DNA of 64,000 nt from Candidatus Amesbacteria bacterium (GTDB taxonomy: Bacteria > Patescibacteriota > Microgenomatia > CAZETR01 > Amesbacteraceae), in contig CAVTQH010000004.1 of NCBI GenBank assembly GCA_963736875.1, forward strand, positions 187,899-251,898, in the 5' to 3' direction. The translations under genes and the position numbers were made by a program. Position 1 is the first letter of the stretch. Each line of letters begins with the position of its first letter. The notes under the pieces are model-generated. The model was not told where the DNA came from. It ran no database searches and saw only the letters and a list, made by a program, of their open reading frames with translations. Below, piece after piece: positions 39,594-49,769 of the stretch.

Positions 39594-40735
39594 TCTTTAA
39601 TACTATAATATTTCTTCCCCTTAATTTTATCAGGCAGCAGACTCTCTTTGGGATATTTTTCATATCCCTTCCCGTAACCTAAATCTTTCATCAGTTTTGT
39701 CGGGGCATTTCTGATACTCATCGGTATCGGCAGATTCCCGAATTGTTTGACATCCGCTAGTGCCGTCATGTAGGCATCATATGCCCGCCTGTCTTTTTTG
39801 CACAGCGATAGATATACCACCCCCGCCGCCAGATTTTCCTGGCATTCCGGATAACCTATCGTCTCACACGCCCGAAATACCGCGTTAGCCACCACCAGAG
39901 CCGTCGGTACGGCCATTCCGATGTCTTCGGAGGCAAATACCACCATTCTCCTGGCAATAAACAGCGGATCTTCCCCGGCATCCACCATCCTGGCCAGATA
40001 ATATAATGCCGCGTCGGCATCTGAAGCCCGCATGGATTTGATAAACGCCGAAATCGTGTTGTAATGCTCTTCCCCCAGCTTATCGTAGCGCAGATGTTTG
40101 GACTGTAAGGCGTTTTTCAGATTTTCCACCGTCACTTTTCCGTACAGATCGCAGGTATTTTCAATCATGGTAATTGCCTGCCGGGCATCGCCGTTTGCCA
40201 TCGCCACCAGCCATTCTTTGCTGGCCTTATTCATCTTCACTTTGGTCCGCCCGATAATCAAAAGCATTTCTTCACCGGTCAGCTCATATAAAACAAATAC
40301 CCTGCATCGGGACAGCAGGGGTGAAATCACTTCGAAGCTGGGATTTTCCGTCGTTGCCCCGATTAAAGTAATCGTGCCGTTTTCCACATGCGGCAGCAGA
40401 TAATCCTGCTGGGCTTTGTTAAACCGGTGGATCTCATCCAGAAACAAAACCACGGGCAGCATGGACTTTTTTGCCCGCTCCACCACTTTCCTGACATCTT
40501 CCTTACCGGCGTCCACTGCCGACAGATTCACAAATTCCGCTCCTATGCCGTCGGCGTATATTCTTCCCAGTGTGGTTTTTCCCACTCCCGGAGGTCCCCA
40601 TAATATAAATGAAAACTTATGCCTGTTCTCAATTGCCATCCGTAAGGGGGCTGTCGGCCCTACCAGATGTTCCTGCCCCACAAAATCAGACAGTTTATTA
40701 GGTCTCAATCTTTCTGCCAGCGGTACATCACCCAT
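39590..40735 (-). CDS. rarA: Replication-associated recombination protein A (AAA+ ATPase RarA/MgsA)
   Basis: Walker A GPPGVGKTTL, Walker B LFLDEIHRF, sensor and MgsA C-terminal helical domains. Confidence 0.9.
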   Translation of the reverse strand: MGDVPLAERLRPNKLSDFVGQEHLVGPTAPLRMAIENRHKFSFILWGPPGVGKTTLGRIYADGIGAEFVNLSAVDAGKEDVRKVVERAKKSMLPVVLFLDEIHRFNKAQQDYLLPHVENGTITLIGATTENPSFEVISPLLSRCRVFVLYELTGEEMLLIIGRTKVKMNKASKEWLVAMANGDARQAITMIENTCDLYGKVTVENLKNALQSKHLRYDKLGEEHYNTISAFIKSMRASDADAALYYLARMVDAGEDPLFIARRMVVFASEDIGMAVPTALVVANAVFRACETIGYPECQENLAAGVVYLSLCKKDRRAYDAYMTALADVKQFGNLPIPMSIRNAPTKLMKDLGYGKGYEKYPKESLLPDKIKGKKYYSIKE

Positions 40736-40770
40736 ATCTTTATTCTACATCCAAACAAAACCCAAAACAA

Positions 40771-40986
40771 CTATCCTATCACTTTATATCCCTGTTTTTC
40801 TATTGTCTGGGTGATTTTTTTATCACTTGTTACTGCCGGATCGTATTCCACTTCCGCCGCCTGTTTCACAAAATCACATTTGGACTTGACTCCGATATCC
40901 TCCAGTTCCCCCTCAATCACCATGCAGCAGCTGGCACAGTGCAACCCGGATAATTTTAATGTTTTTTTAACCATCATTTTCTTCAA
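40771..40986 (-). CDS. copZ: Heavy-metal-associated (HMA) domain copper chaperone CopZ-like
   Basis: GLHCASC metal-binding motif (M/LxCxxC) in a ~70-aa ferredoxin-like fold. Confidence 0.8.
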   Translation of the reverse strand: MKKMMVKKTLKLSGLHCASCCMVIEGELEDIGVKSKCDFVKQAAEVEYDPAVTSDKKITQTIEKQGYKVIG

Positions 40987-41213
40987 TCGACTATTGTTAA
41001 TTGACCGCTGTACATCCCCATGGTACAGCTGAACAGCAGTTTACCTGATTTATCGGGAATTACTGCTTCAAAACTCTCACTTGTACCCGGCGGTACGACT
41101 TTGGATATTCCCAGTCCGGGGATATTTAAGGCCTGAATACATCCGTACCCTTCCTTATTCACCAGATTAAACTTCACTCTGCTGCCGGCTTTGACTACCG
41201 GATTATCCACCAA
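40983..41213 (-). CDS. Small hypothetical protein (76 aa), possibly a cupredoxin-like fragment
   Basis: TTG start. C-terminal …FSCTMGMYSGQLTIV… loosely resembles a C…M copper-site loop. No signal peptide. Confidence 0.3.
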   Translation of the reverse strand: MVDNPVVKAGSRVKFNLVNKEGYGCIQALNIPGLGISKVVPPGTSESFEAVIPDKSGKLLFSCTMGMYSGQLTIVD

Positions 41214-41338
41214 GTACCGGTTACTCTAAAATGGTAATCGTTACTTCGCCGGCTGCTTCACCGATTCCGTCCCGGAGTTTACTTCTTCCGGACAAAAACT
41301 AATCAGACAATTAATTTTTGCCGAAATATTCTGTGCCG

Positions 41339-42005
41339 TTACCGGACTTCCCAGAGATACCAATCCGGAATTAAAGCTGAAAAGTGCTGTTGCCAGAACC
41401 AGCGTATGCTGCGATTTTTCTGAATTTTTCCTTTGCCACTCCCTCCAGCTTGGTAATTGTCAGTCCCAGAATGAAAAACAGCGGTACTCGTACCCAACAC
41501 AAATGTTCCGAGTATCGCTCCTCCCGCCCACACACTGCCGGCGGCAACAGCCAGAGCCATCATTGCCTGGGTGGTTCCGCAAGGGAGAAATACCGTAGAA
41601 GCCCCCAGAACTACCGGAGCAAACCTATCTCCTGATTTCGCCGTCTGTCTGATAAATTTTCCCAAAAATCTGGGGGTTTGCAGTAAGAATCGCCTGAAAA
41701 ACGGATGTATATCAAACATTGCCATCGCCACCCCCAGCATATACACGGCAGCCGCAATCTGCAGAGCTGCTATCCCTCCGGGACCTAAATTTAACTGCCG
41801 ATCCCAAAGCTCCTAAAACAAATCCCAATATCACATAAGCTCCCAGTTTGGACACCAAAAAATATATTACGTCCGCCAATCCTGCCTTTCCTTCCTTACC
41901 GGCTACGGCGGTAGTCAGCAAACCTCCCTGAACCGCCACACAGCTGATTCCTCCGGCCAGAAGTCCTGTCATAAATACCCAGCCCAGATTCACCATGTGT
42001 GCCAT
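41339..42005 (-). CDS. Integral membrane protein with paired Cys motifs (possible thiol:disulfide or metal permease), split by an apparent frameshift near 41712-41746
   Basis: ORFs 41712..42005 and 41339..41746 are both strongly hydrophobic with …GGISCVAV… and …LPCGTTQAMMAL… motifs. The frames overlap. Confidence 0.4.
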
Positions 42006-42110
42006 CTTACCAATCCCCCCCGGGGGGAGTCAATACCTATTCCAGAACATTCGCCTCATCTTCGGTCACCCTGTCGGCCTATAACCCCTCCCCTGTTATG
42101 AATATATATC

Positions 42111-42764
42111 TTACCCTATCTTATCAATAAGAGCTGATAATACGGCTATATTATCAATGGTATAGTCTGCTCCCGCTGCTTCCAAAGTTGTTTTCACGGC
42201 ATATTCGGAAATAAACCCCGCAACCCGGCAACCCGCCTCTTTAGCTGCCCTGATACCGGCAATGGCATCTTCAACCACCAGACAATTTTCAGGATCCGTT
42301 TCCAATTTTTGGGCTGTCAATAAATATATTTCCGGATCGGGTTTCGGGACCAGTACTTCCTCTCCCGTTGTGGTGATATCAAATGCCAGTTCCAGCCCCA
42401 GTTCCTCCAATTCTTTTTCCACCACCGACCAGGTGCTGCTCGTAGACAGCGCCGTTCTCCACCCCCTGCTTTTAATCTTTTCGATAACTTCTTTTATTCC
42501 CTCCCGCAGTTTAAGCTCCCGGCTTAAATTTCTATATGTCTCCACCGTTTCACTGACTAATTTTTCTATCGGAACTTTCCCGGTTATCCTTCTCCAATTA
42601 TTCGCTAAACCTATCCCCGGTTCGTGCTGCCATCCGTTGGGCATTAGGAATTTTGAACTAGAAATTATAAATTTTTTAGCTACCGTGCAAAACGCCTCCT
42701 CCCACTCCGCCTCGTTATCCAAAACCGTCCCGTCCAAATCAAAAATTACGGCCTGTACTGCCAT
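42111..42764 (-). CDS. HAD-superfamily hydrolase (beta-phosphoglucomutase-like subfamily IA)
   Basis: Motif I VIFDLDGTVLD, motif II/III context, C-terminal …VVEDAIAGIRAAKEAG…. Confidence 0.8.
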   Translation of the reverse strand: MAVQAVIFDLDGTVLDNEAEWEEAFCTVAKKFIISSSKFLMPNGWQHEPGIGLANNWRRITGKVPIEKLVSETVETYRNLSRELKLREGIKEVIEKIKSRGWRTALSTSSTWSVVEKELEELGLELAFDITTTGEEVLVPKPDPEIYLLTAQKLETDPENCLVVEDAIAGIRAAKEAGCRVAGFISEYAVKTTLEAAGADYTIDNIAVLSALIDKIG

Positions 42765-42776
42765 GACCTGTTTATT

Positions 42777-42971
42777 TTACTGGTTTGAGAGAAATCTCCT
42801 TATCCTATGTAATGCTTCTGCCACCGTCCCCACTTTTTTCATTTCTCCCGGTGTCATATTTGGCACACCTTCTTCTCGTAGCGGCTGAATCTTCTTCTGT
42901 GCGATTGCTTCAGGTGTTCTTTTTACACCCCCTGCAGATCCTCCAGCTTCAATATTATCTTCCATTAGCAT
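42777..42971 (-). CDS. Small hypothetical protein (64 aa)
   Basis: ORF only. Confidence 0.25.
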   Translation of the reverse strand: MLMEDNIEAGGSAGGVKRTPEAIAQKKIQPLREEGVPNMTPGEMKKVGTVAEALHRIRRFLSNQ

Positions 42972-42982
42972 GTACTATATTG

Positions 42983-43846
42983 TCATTTATTTATCCTGTC
43001 AATCGGATTTTGTGGGACAAACCAAAATCGGTTCCGGTCGATGTCTTTTCCGGTGACCTGATTTTGAGCTTGCGTCCAGGCTCCTTCTATTGCTGTTCCA
43101 AATGCCTGTTTTCCATCTCTGGATGTAAACGGATCCATACAGTACAAATCAGCCTGTCCCCAATTGCCTTTCATCATTCTGTGTCTGGCCCACTGCAGTG
43201 CTTCCAGTCTGTCTTGTATTTCCTTTTCCTTTCCCGGGAATATTTCATGAATTTGAAGCGACCTTTGGGCATATGCATAACCGTGATCAATGGCATATAT
43301 ATCCTTTTGTTTAATATCCAGAGTGTTTAATAACGCCGTCATTTCGCTCCGTTTTGTTTCATCAAAAATCATTTCCGCCGCCATCCGACCGGTTCTCTCC
43401 CCTTTTTCCTGGGCGGCTTTAATATTTTTCTGTCTTTCCGCTTCCAGTCTGTCGGTAAAAGCAGATCCTTTATTTTCTCCTCTGAAAATATCGCTGGGTT
43501 TATTAAACATTTGCTCGTACCACATATTCATGGCATCCATAAAACTGAAGTCTTTTCCGGATGCCTTGGTGGAAACTGCGGCTGCCGCCATCTGTTCCAG
43601 TTGTTGGTTGTACTTTTCCCTGGCTTGGTCATTAGACAGGACAGTATATGCTTCATTCAATATTTTAGTTCTCTCTTCGGCATCCTGGTCACCGGGATGG
43701 GTATCCGGATGCGAATTTTTTATGCTGTTTCTGTACGCATCTTTGATTTGGTCCTTGGTTGCTCCTTTTCCCACTCCCAGAGTTTCATAATAACCTCTGA
43801 ATGGGGGTCTTTGTGATTCTTTATTCTCGGATCCTGAATCGTCCAT
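42983..43846 (-). CDS. J-domain (DnaJ-like) protein with unique C-terminal region
   Basis: …YYETLGVGKGATKDQIKDAYRNSIKNSHPDTHPGD… contains the HPD motif. No Gly/Phe or zinc-finger regions typical of DnaJ. Confidence 0.7.
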   Translation of the reverse strand: MDDSGSENKESQRPPFRGYYETLGVGKGATKDQIKDAYRNSIKNSHPDTHPGDQDAEERTKILNEAYTVLSNDQAREKYNQQLEQMAAAAVSTKASGKDFSFMDAMNMWYEQMFNKPSDIFRGENKGSAFTDRLEAERQKNIKAAQEKGERTGRMAAEMIFDETKRSEMTALLNTLDIKQKDIYAIDHGYAYAQRSLQIHEIFPGKEKEIQDRLEALQWARHRMMKGNWGQADLYCMDPFTSRDGKQAFGTAIEGAWTQAQNQVTGKDIDRNRFWFVPQNPIDRINK

Positions 43847-43849
43847 ATT

Positions 43850-44518
43850 TTAATTCTCCGTCACCACCTTAAGTCTGCCGTAATTATATACAGTTGTATC
43901 AGCCGTCAATGATTTCGCCTGCACCCGGATTAAATTTCTCCCTGCCCAAAATGAGATTTTTCCCGAAACCGATATCGCTTCAATCTGACTGTTGGTCGAC
44001 ACCTCACTCCCCTGTACCCCGATACCGTGGGTTACATCAAAAAGCCTGACGTATGCCATTCCGTTACCGTTAAAAAGTTTCATACTGGCTTCAAAATAAA
44101 TTTCAATCAGGCCCGGATAATCTCCCGGATCAAAATAGAAATCTGTTCCCGGTATATCCTGCCAGAGATTTGCCGTGGTACTTCCCGTCCCCGGAATGGT
44201 TACATATTGCACGGTTCTGATCTTCGCCTTGGAAGCGGGTATTGGCTGAAAACCGGGTTTTGCTGTCGGTGCCGGTGTTATTCCCTGAGATTCTTCCAGT
44301 TTTCCAATTCTGGCATCATATGCTTCTAACTTCAGATCAATTTGACTTTGGCAATCAGTTCCGCACACATCTATAGTTTGAGTTGCAGGACTCTGAAACA
44401 ATGAACTGTCCTGGCTGCCGGTATTTATTACCTGCGGTTTGGTCAACAAATACCACACACCCGCATTTATTACTATTAAATCTAATACCAACAAGACTTT
44501 TAATATATTTTTCAGCAT
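43850..44518 (-). CDS. Membrane-anchored extracytoplasmic protein, unknown function
   Basis: Start taken at the internal Met (MLKNILKVLLVLDLIVINAGVWYLL TM helix). The track ORF extends to 44560, overlapping cysS. Confidence 0.45.
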   Translation of the reverse strand: MLKNILKVLLVLDLIVINAGVWYLLTKPQVINTGSQDSSLFQSPATQTIDVCGTDCQSQIDLKLEAYDARIGKLEESQGITPAPTAKPGFQPIPASKAKIRTVQYVTIPGTGSTTANLWQDIPGTDFYFDPGDYPGLIEIYFEASMKLFNGNGMAYVRLFDVTHGIGVQGSEVSTNSQIEAISVSGKISFWAGRNLIRVQAKSLTADTTVYNYGRLKVVTEN

Positions 44519-45909
44519 TTTTTTATCCGCGGTCCCAGCTTGGTATCTTCGACCGTCCATCCCTTCTCTTCAATTTTTCTGCGCCGGGTATCCGCTTCCA
44601 CAAACTTGCCGGATTTTCTTAATACTTCTCTTTCAGCTGACATTTTCTTCACCTCCTCCGGTACTTCTTCCTCGGAAACAGCATCTAAATTAAGTCCCAA
44701 AATCCGGTCCCACTCTAAAAGCTGGTCCAGTTTGTCGTAATCCGGAATATTGCTTTTCAGCATTTCCCAGACCACGGCCAGTCCTGCCGGAACCCCCAGG
44801 TCGTCACAAACTGCTGCCGAAAACTTTGTCCTTAATTCTTCAAGTTTTTTTAATTTTTCTCTTGATAATTCAACCCTTGCACCGGCAGTCCCTTTTTTTC
44901 TCACTTCCAGCACAAATTGACGCAATTTCTCCAAAGCACTCTGGGCAGCAGCCAGAGATGACCAGGTAAAATTCAGTCCTTTCCGGTAATGTGACGTCAG
45001 AATCAGATACCTTAGTGCCATTGGTGAAAAACCCTTTTCCACCAAATCGGTAGCCAGAATGTTGTTTCCCAGACTTTTGCTGATTTTCTCGCCGTCCAGA
45101 AATAACCATTCGTTGTGCAGCCAGTAATTGGCCGTCTGGTGCCTGAAAGCTCCGTATGCCTGCGCAATTTCATTGGTATGGTGGACTTCTTTATGCTCTT
45201 TGCCTCCGGTATGAATATCAAACCGTTCCCCCAGATATTTCACGGACATCGCCGTACACTCGATATGCCATCCCGGAAATCCCGTCCCCCACGGGCTGTC
45301 CCATTTCATCACATGGTCCGGCTGGTTGGTTATCCATAAAAGAAAATCCCAGGGTTTCTTTTTCTCCGGATCCACTTCTACCCTGGCCCCCGATTCCTGT
45401 TCATCCAAATTGAGTCCTGCAAAATCCGCATACCTCGGAAACTTTCCCGTATCAAATACCAACCCGGTCTTGGTTTTATAAGTAAATCCGTTTGCCTCAA
45501 TTTTTTTAATCAGATCAATCTGATCCTGAATGTGTTCCGTAGCCTTGCATAAAACATTCGGTCTCTGAATATTTAAAAGGTCCAGGCTTTCAATAAACTG
45601 CCCGGTATATTTTTCGGCTATCTGCCAGACCGTCAGTCCTTCTCTTTTCGCCCCCTTTTCCATTTTATCGTCTCCCGTATCTTCATCTGATGTCAGATGC
45701 CCGACATCGGTAATGTTCATCACCCAATTCACATCAAGCCCCTGCCATCTTAAAAGTCTGACCAGGGTGTCCCACTGGACGTAACAGTACATATGTCCGA
45801 TATGCTGATTCCAATATACTGTCGGTCCGCAGGAATATATTCCCACCTTGCCTTTTTTTAAAGGTACCAACTCCTCAACCTGTTTTGTCAGGGTGTTATA
45901 GAGTCTCAT
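44512..45909 (-). CDS. cysS: Cysteinyl-tRNA synthetase
   Basis: HIGH (…HIGHMYCY…), KMSKS (…KISKSLGN…), Cys-binding residues and a C-terminal anticodon-binding region. Confidence 0.9.
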   Translation of the reverse strand: MRLYNTLTKQVEELVPLKKGKVGIYSCGPTVYWNQHIGHMYCYVQWDTLVRLLRWQGLDVNWVMNITDVGHLTSDEDTGDDKMEKGAKREGLTVWQIAEKYTGQFIESLDLLNIQRPNVLCKATEHIQDQIDLIKKIEANGFTYKTKTGLVFDTGKFPRYADFAGLNLDEQESGARVEVDPEKKKPWDFLLWITNQPDHVMKWDSPWGTGFPGWHIECTAMSVKYLGERFDIHTGGKEHKEVHHTNEIAQAYGAFRHQTANYWLHNEWLFLDGEKISKSLGNNILATDLVEKGFSPMALRYLILTSHYRKGLNFTWSSLAAAQSALEKLRQFVLEVRKKGTAGARVELSREKLKKLEELRTKFSAAVCDDLGVPAGLAVVWEMLKSNIPDYDKLDQLLEWDRILGLNLDAVSEEEVPEEVKKMSAEREVLRKSGKFVEADTRRRKIEEKGWTVEDTKLGPRIKKC

Positions 45910-46610
45910 ATTTTAAAGTTAACATATTTATAAGGGTATTTCCTCTGTTTATCCACCAGATGGTACCACTCATAATGCCATATTGCGAATACCCACAGCA
46001 GAGGTAAAGGCAATGACTTACCCAGTCTTTGACTGGAATGAGCCCTTGCTGCCCGCCATTTATTCCAACAGTATCTGCTCGTATTCAATTGGTAAGTAGG
46101 CTCCGCCAGAAAAGGTCTTACCGGCGGATTTACCGCATTTTTCAGATTTTCCGGTAATGTTGCCCAGATAACCTTTGTCTTAAGTCTTTCTGAAAACACC
46201 GATAAAGCTATATGGTCAGGGTGGCCGGAAATCCCGCTGTGGTCGTACGTCACCACCAAACCCGGTTGATACCTTTTTATTAAATCAATTACCCATGGTT
46301 GCCAATCCCGTTGACTCATTTTTAATTTCCCGTCCTCAAACTCGCCCAACACTACCTCATCTGCCTGAAGAATCTTTGATGCTTTTTCCAATTCCTTAAC
46401 TCTGATATCCTTATTTATTCTTCCGTTTCCACTCACAACATTTAGCCCGGCTTCCCCTCTGGTCAGAGATACCACAACAGTTTTCCAACCCATCTGTTTT
46501 GCCGCCATTAGCAAACCACCGGCAGCCATAGTTTCATCATCCGGGTGCGGAAACACCGTCATCAAAACCTTATTATCAATATCTGTTAACAATCCGCGTA
46601 AGTCTTTCAT
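45906..46610 (-). CDS. PIG-L/LmbE-family N-acetylglucosaminyl deacetylase
   Basis: …VFPHPDDE… zinc-binding motif and …HPDH… second motif. 4-nt overlap with cysS. Confidence 0.8.
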   Translation of the reverse strand: MKDLRGLLTDIDNKVLMTVFPHPDDETMAAGGLLMAAKQMGWKTVVVSLTRGEAGLNVVSGNGRINKDIRVKELEKASKILQADEVVLGEFEDGKLKMSQRDWQPWVIDLIKRYQPGLVVTYDHSGISGHPDHIALSVFSERLKTKVIWATLPENLKNAVNPPVRPFLAEPTYQLNTSRYCWNKWRAARAHSSQRLGKSLPLPLLWVFAIWHYEWYHLVDKQRKYPYKYVNFKI

Positions 46611-46816
46611 AACTAAAAACCCGCCGCCGCGGGATTAATCCATTATCTGCTTCCCCGTCTCACACTGGTAAAATCACGCCTGAAACCTCACACTCTTATT
46701 CCCGAATCCCCGGCTGCTCCGGAAAAAGTCCATCGGACGCCTGTCAAACTTGGCCACCTGCGGTACTTTCTTCTTGATATTGTTATCTTCCTGCGCCATA
46801 TACTAATAATACCAAA

Positions 46817-47275
46817 TCAGCCTCCGGTCCGCTGATGGGCTTCTCTGGAACCCGTTTTACCGGTGAGCATTTTTTTCCACACCGGCTCCTCCTTTTTCTT
46901 CTCTTCCAGCTGTTTTTTTTGTTCTTTATGCTTTACTTCAGCCTGCTGCGTCTGTTGGGTTTGCTTGGTTTTCTCCTGTCTTACTTTAGTAATCGCCTGA
47001 TTAATCTGTTCCAGATTTTGCCGAGTTTGAACTAAAAGTTGTTGATTCTGATCCTGCACCTGTTTTTGTTGTTGTTGCGATAACTGTTTGGTTTGTCCCT
47101 GACCCTGTTCCGCATCCTGCTGTTGGTAGTCGCCGGTTACCTGCTGTTTGATATCCGTTGCCACGGCTTTCACCGTATCACCCACCGCTTTTTTTACCGG
47201 TTTTACCGCCTGCCGTGTCAGATTTTCAAAACTGTCACCCTGGTCTCCCCAGGGATTTCTTCCAAAAACCGCCAT
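46817..47275 (-). CDS. Gln-rich coiled-coil hypothetical protein
   Basis: 152-aa low-complexity Q/K/E-rich ORF. Confidence 0.45.
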   Translation of the reverse strand: MAVFGRNPWGDQGDSFENLTRQAVKPVKKAVGDTVKAVATDIKQQVTGDYQQQDAEQGQGQTKQLSQQQQKQVQDQNQQLLVQTRQNLEQINQAITKVRQEKTKQTQQTQQAEVKHKEQKKQLEEKKKEEPVWKKMLTGKTGSREAHQRTGG

Positions 47276-47877
47276 CAGTATTCTCTCCTTCCTTCTATCG
47301 CTCTATTTAACGTCACTTCATCCGCATATTCAATATCCGCCCCCACTGGAAGTCCATGCGCCAGTCTGGTAATTTTCGGTTTTTCTCCGTTCACTCTCAA
47401 TTGTTTGGCAAGATACATGCAGGTCGCCTCCCCTTCCATATTCGGATTCAATGCCAGTATCACTTCACTGATTTTTTTGCCGTTTAACCGCCTGGCCAGC
47501 TCATCTATCCTGATTTCATCCGGTCCGATATTGTGAAGCGGATCGATTACTCCCCCCAAAACGTGATATACCCCGTTAAATTTATTTCCCCGCTCCAGTG
47601 CCAGCACATCCAGCGGGTGCTCTACCACACACACCAGGCTTTTATCCCGGTTATTGTCGCCGCAAATATCACAGGGGTCGGTCTCCGCCACATTAAAACA
47701 CTCCGAGCAGATTTTGGTATCCGATTTTAGGCAGGAAAGTGCCCGGGCAAACTTTTCAATTTCTCCCTGCGGTACCGCCAGCAAATAATAGGTCAGCCGG
47801 GCGGCAGTCTTCGGACCGACCCCGGGTAATCTTTCAAACGCTTCAATCAGATTCTGTATCGCTCTGGCTATCCGCAT
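47275..47877 (-). CDS. recR: Recombination protein RecR
   Basis: HhH, C4 zinc finger (CSECFNVAETDPCDIC), Toprim domain. Confidence 0.9.
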   Translation of the reverse strand: MRIARAIQNLIEAFERLPGVGPKTAARLTYYLLAVPQGEIEKFARALSCLKSDTKICSECFNVAETDPCDICGDNNRDKSLVCVVEHPLDVLALERGNKFNGVYHVLGGVIDPLHNIGPDEIRIDELARRLNGKKISEVILALNPNMEGEATCMYLAKQLRVNGEKPKITRLAHGLPVGADIEYADEVTLNRAIEGRREY

Positions 47878-47909
47878 ACCCTGTGATTTTACTCCAATTC
47901 CCGCACTTT

Positions 47910-48179
47910 TTATTGCATTCCCCCGGACACATTCATCAGCTCTTTGGCTGCCAGTTCCTGGCTTTTTCTGATCGCTTTATTCAATACTTCATTCAAAACC
48001 TCATTTGAAATCCCCTGGATTGATAGTTCCAGTACTTTCTGATCACCGGACATCACCACTTTAACCCCGTTTTCTTCCACCACTACCTGCTGACCGGCAA
48101 GGTTTTTCTGCATCTGCATTGCCTGCTGCCGCAGTTTATTCAAATCCCCGAGTTTTCCTAAAGCATCACCTATACCCAT
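47910..48179 (-). CDS. ybaB: YbaB/EbfC nucleoid-associated protein
   Basis: …MGIGDALGKLGDLNKLRQQAMQMQKNLA… typical family sequence. dnaX-ybaB-recR synteny. Confidence 0.85.
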   Translation of the reverse strand: MGIGDALGKLGDLNKLRQQAMQMQKNLAGQQVVVEENGVKVVMSGDQKVLELSIQGISNEVLNEVLNKAIRKSQELAAKELMNVSGGMQ

Positions 48180-48225
48180 GGTCTGATTTTAAATTGTAAA
48201 TCGGAAATTGTAAATCGGTAACTTC

Positions 48226-49752
48226 TCACACCGCTTCCGCTTTAAATATTTCCCGGGCGGCTTTTACGATATCTTCCCCGACTCCCGCGGCTGTCACTTC
48301 CTCAACCGCCTTTTGCCTTCCCTGTCCCAACCTTAAATACAGCTTGACCGGACCGATGTCAAACATCTCCCCTACCGTTTCTTCCACAATCTGCCGGCAT
48401 TTTTCACTTTCCAGTTTATCCTTATGAAATTTATAAAATACTTCCAATTCCAGTTTCTCCCCGTCAAAGTCCACGGGTTTGGTAGACCGCAGCAGGGCTT
48501 CCACTGAATGGTTTTTCGGCCTGACCATTTTCATAATGTCCGGCCATTTTCCGTTAATTTCCTCCAGGTTGTATTTTCCCTTTCCGGTGGCTTTAATTTC
48601 CTTTTCTTTATCCGTTTTTTCCGGCACTTTCTCTTCCTCTCTTATTTCCTCATTTTTTGCCTGAAATCTGAAGTCTGGTCCCTTGGTACTGCTTTGTGTA
48701 TTTTCAATCACCCAGACTTCCAGAGGCAACTGCATTACAGCGGCAGACTTCATCTGCTCGTAAGCCCGGTCCAGTCCGGAAATCAGTTTCAAAATTACTT
48801 CCGTATTTTTAAATCCGGATGCCGATCCGGCTACCGTTTTCATCAGTTCTTCCCGAAGTGACTCCGAGATCATTTCCGTAAACCGTCTCAGATTAACCCC
48901 CTGAAGATATAGTTCCTGTATCATATCCAGACACTCTTTCCGCAAACCGGAAGCCATATTTTTTACAAACCTGTCCGGGTCGGCCACTGCCAGCACTCCG
49001 GTTACCTGCCTGACCGCCTCATCCGTCACCTCACCCGAAGCCAAAATCACCTGCTCCAGAATCTTTGTTCCGTCCCGGAAACTTCCCCGGGCAACCGAGG
49101 CAATCAGCTCCAGCACCACATCTTCACCTTTTACTTTTTCCCCTTCCAAAACACATTTTAAACTCGCCACAGCTTCAGCCGGTGTCGGCCGTTTAAAAAT
49201 CACTCTGGTGCACCTTGATACTACCGTCTCCGGCAGCCGGTCAGCTTCGGTGGTACACAAAATAAACATAGTGTTGGCCGGGGGTTCTTCCAAAATCTTT
49301 AAAAGCGCATTGGCCGCTTCCGCAGTCAGCATGTGCACTTCATCAATAATGTATACCTTGTAAAGGGCATTCATCGGAGCTAATTTTATTTTCTCGCGCA
49401 GATCCCTGATCTCGTCTATCCCCCGGTTGGACGCCGCATCGATTTCCACCACATCCACCGCCGATCCGGCGGTTATTGCCTGGCACATCCGGCATTTGTT
49501 GCACGGTTCAAAATCCTTATCTCCTTTATGCCCCGTGCAGTTGACCACTTTGGCCAGTATCCTGGCGGTACTGGTCTTTCCCGTTCCCCGGGGTCCCGAA
49601 AACAGCCAGGCATGAGGTAAATTTTTCGAGGCAAGCATTTTGGTCAACCCCTGCCGCACTTCCGTCAAATGCAGGTCCGATATCTTCTGCGGCCGGTATT
49701 TCAGGTAGAGTGTCATCCCGTTGTTTATAGCCCTTAATGGGTCGGCAATCAA
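48226..49752 (-). CDS. dnaX: DNA polymerase III subunit gamma/tau
   Basis: AAA+ clamp-loader motifs (GPRGTGKTS, DEVHML, SRC) and zinc-binding module CxxC. Confidence 0.9.
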   Translation of the reverse strand: MIADPLRAINNGMTLYLKYRPQKISDLHLTEVRQGLTKMLASKNLPHAWLFSGPRGTGKTSTARILAKVVNCTGHKGDKDFEPCNKCRMCQAITAGSAVDVVEIDAASNRGIDEIRDLREKIKLAPMNALYKVYIIDEVHMLTAEAANALLKILEEPPANTMFILCTTEADRLPETVVSRCTRVIFKRPTPAEAVASLKCVLEGEKVKGEDVVLELIASVARGSFRDGTKILEQVILASGEVTDEAVRQVTGVLAVADPDRFVKNMASGLRKECLDMIQELYLQGVNLRRFTEMISESLREELMKTVAGSASGFKNTEVILKLISGLDRAYEQMKSAAVMQLPLEVWVIENTQSSTKGPDFRFQAKNEEIREEEKVPEKTDKEKEIKATGKGKYNLEEINGKWPDIMKMVRPKNHSVEALLRSTKPVDFDGEKLELEVFYKFHKDKLESEKCRQIVEETVGEMFDIGPVKLYLRLGQGRQKAVEEVTAAGVGEDIVKAAREIFKAEAV

Positions 49753-49769
49753 CTGCTTAAAACTTGTGT

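Noticed and set aside
46674-46799. 41-aa basic ORF (MAQEDNNIKKKVPQVAKFDRRPMDFFRSSRGFGNKSVRFQA) upstream of the deacetylase-cysS operon, considered as a small ribosomal protein
   Set aside because: No match to bL32, bL33, bL34 or bL36 signature sequences. It is kept only as a weak small-ORF candidate.
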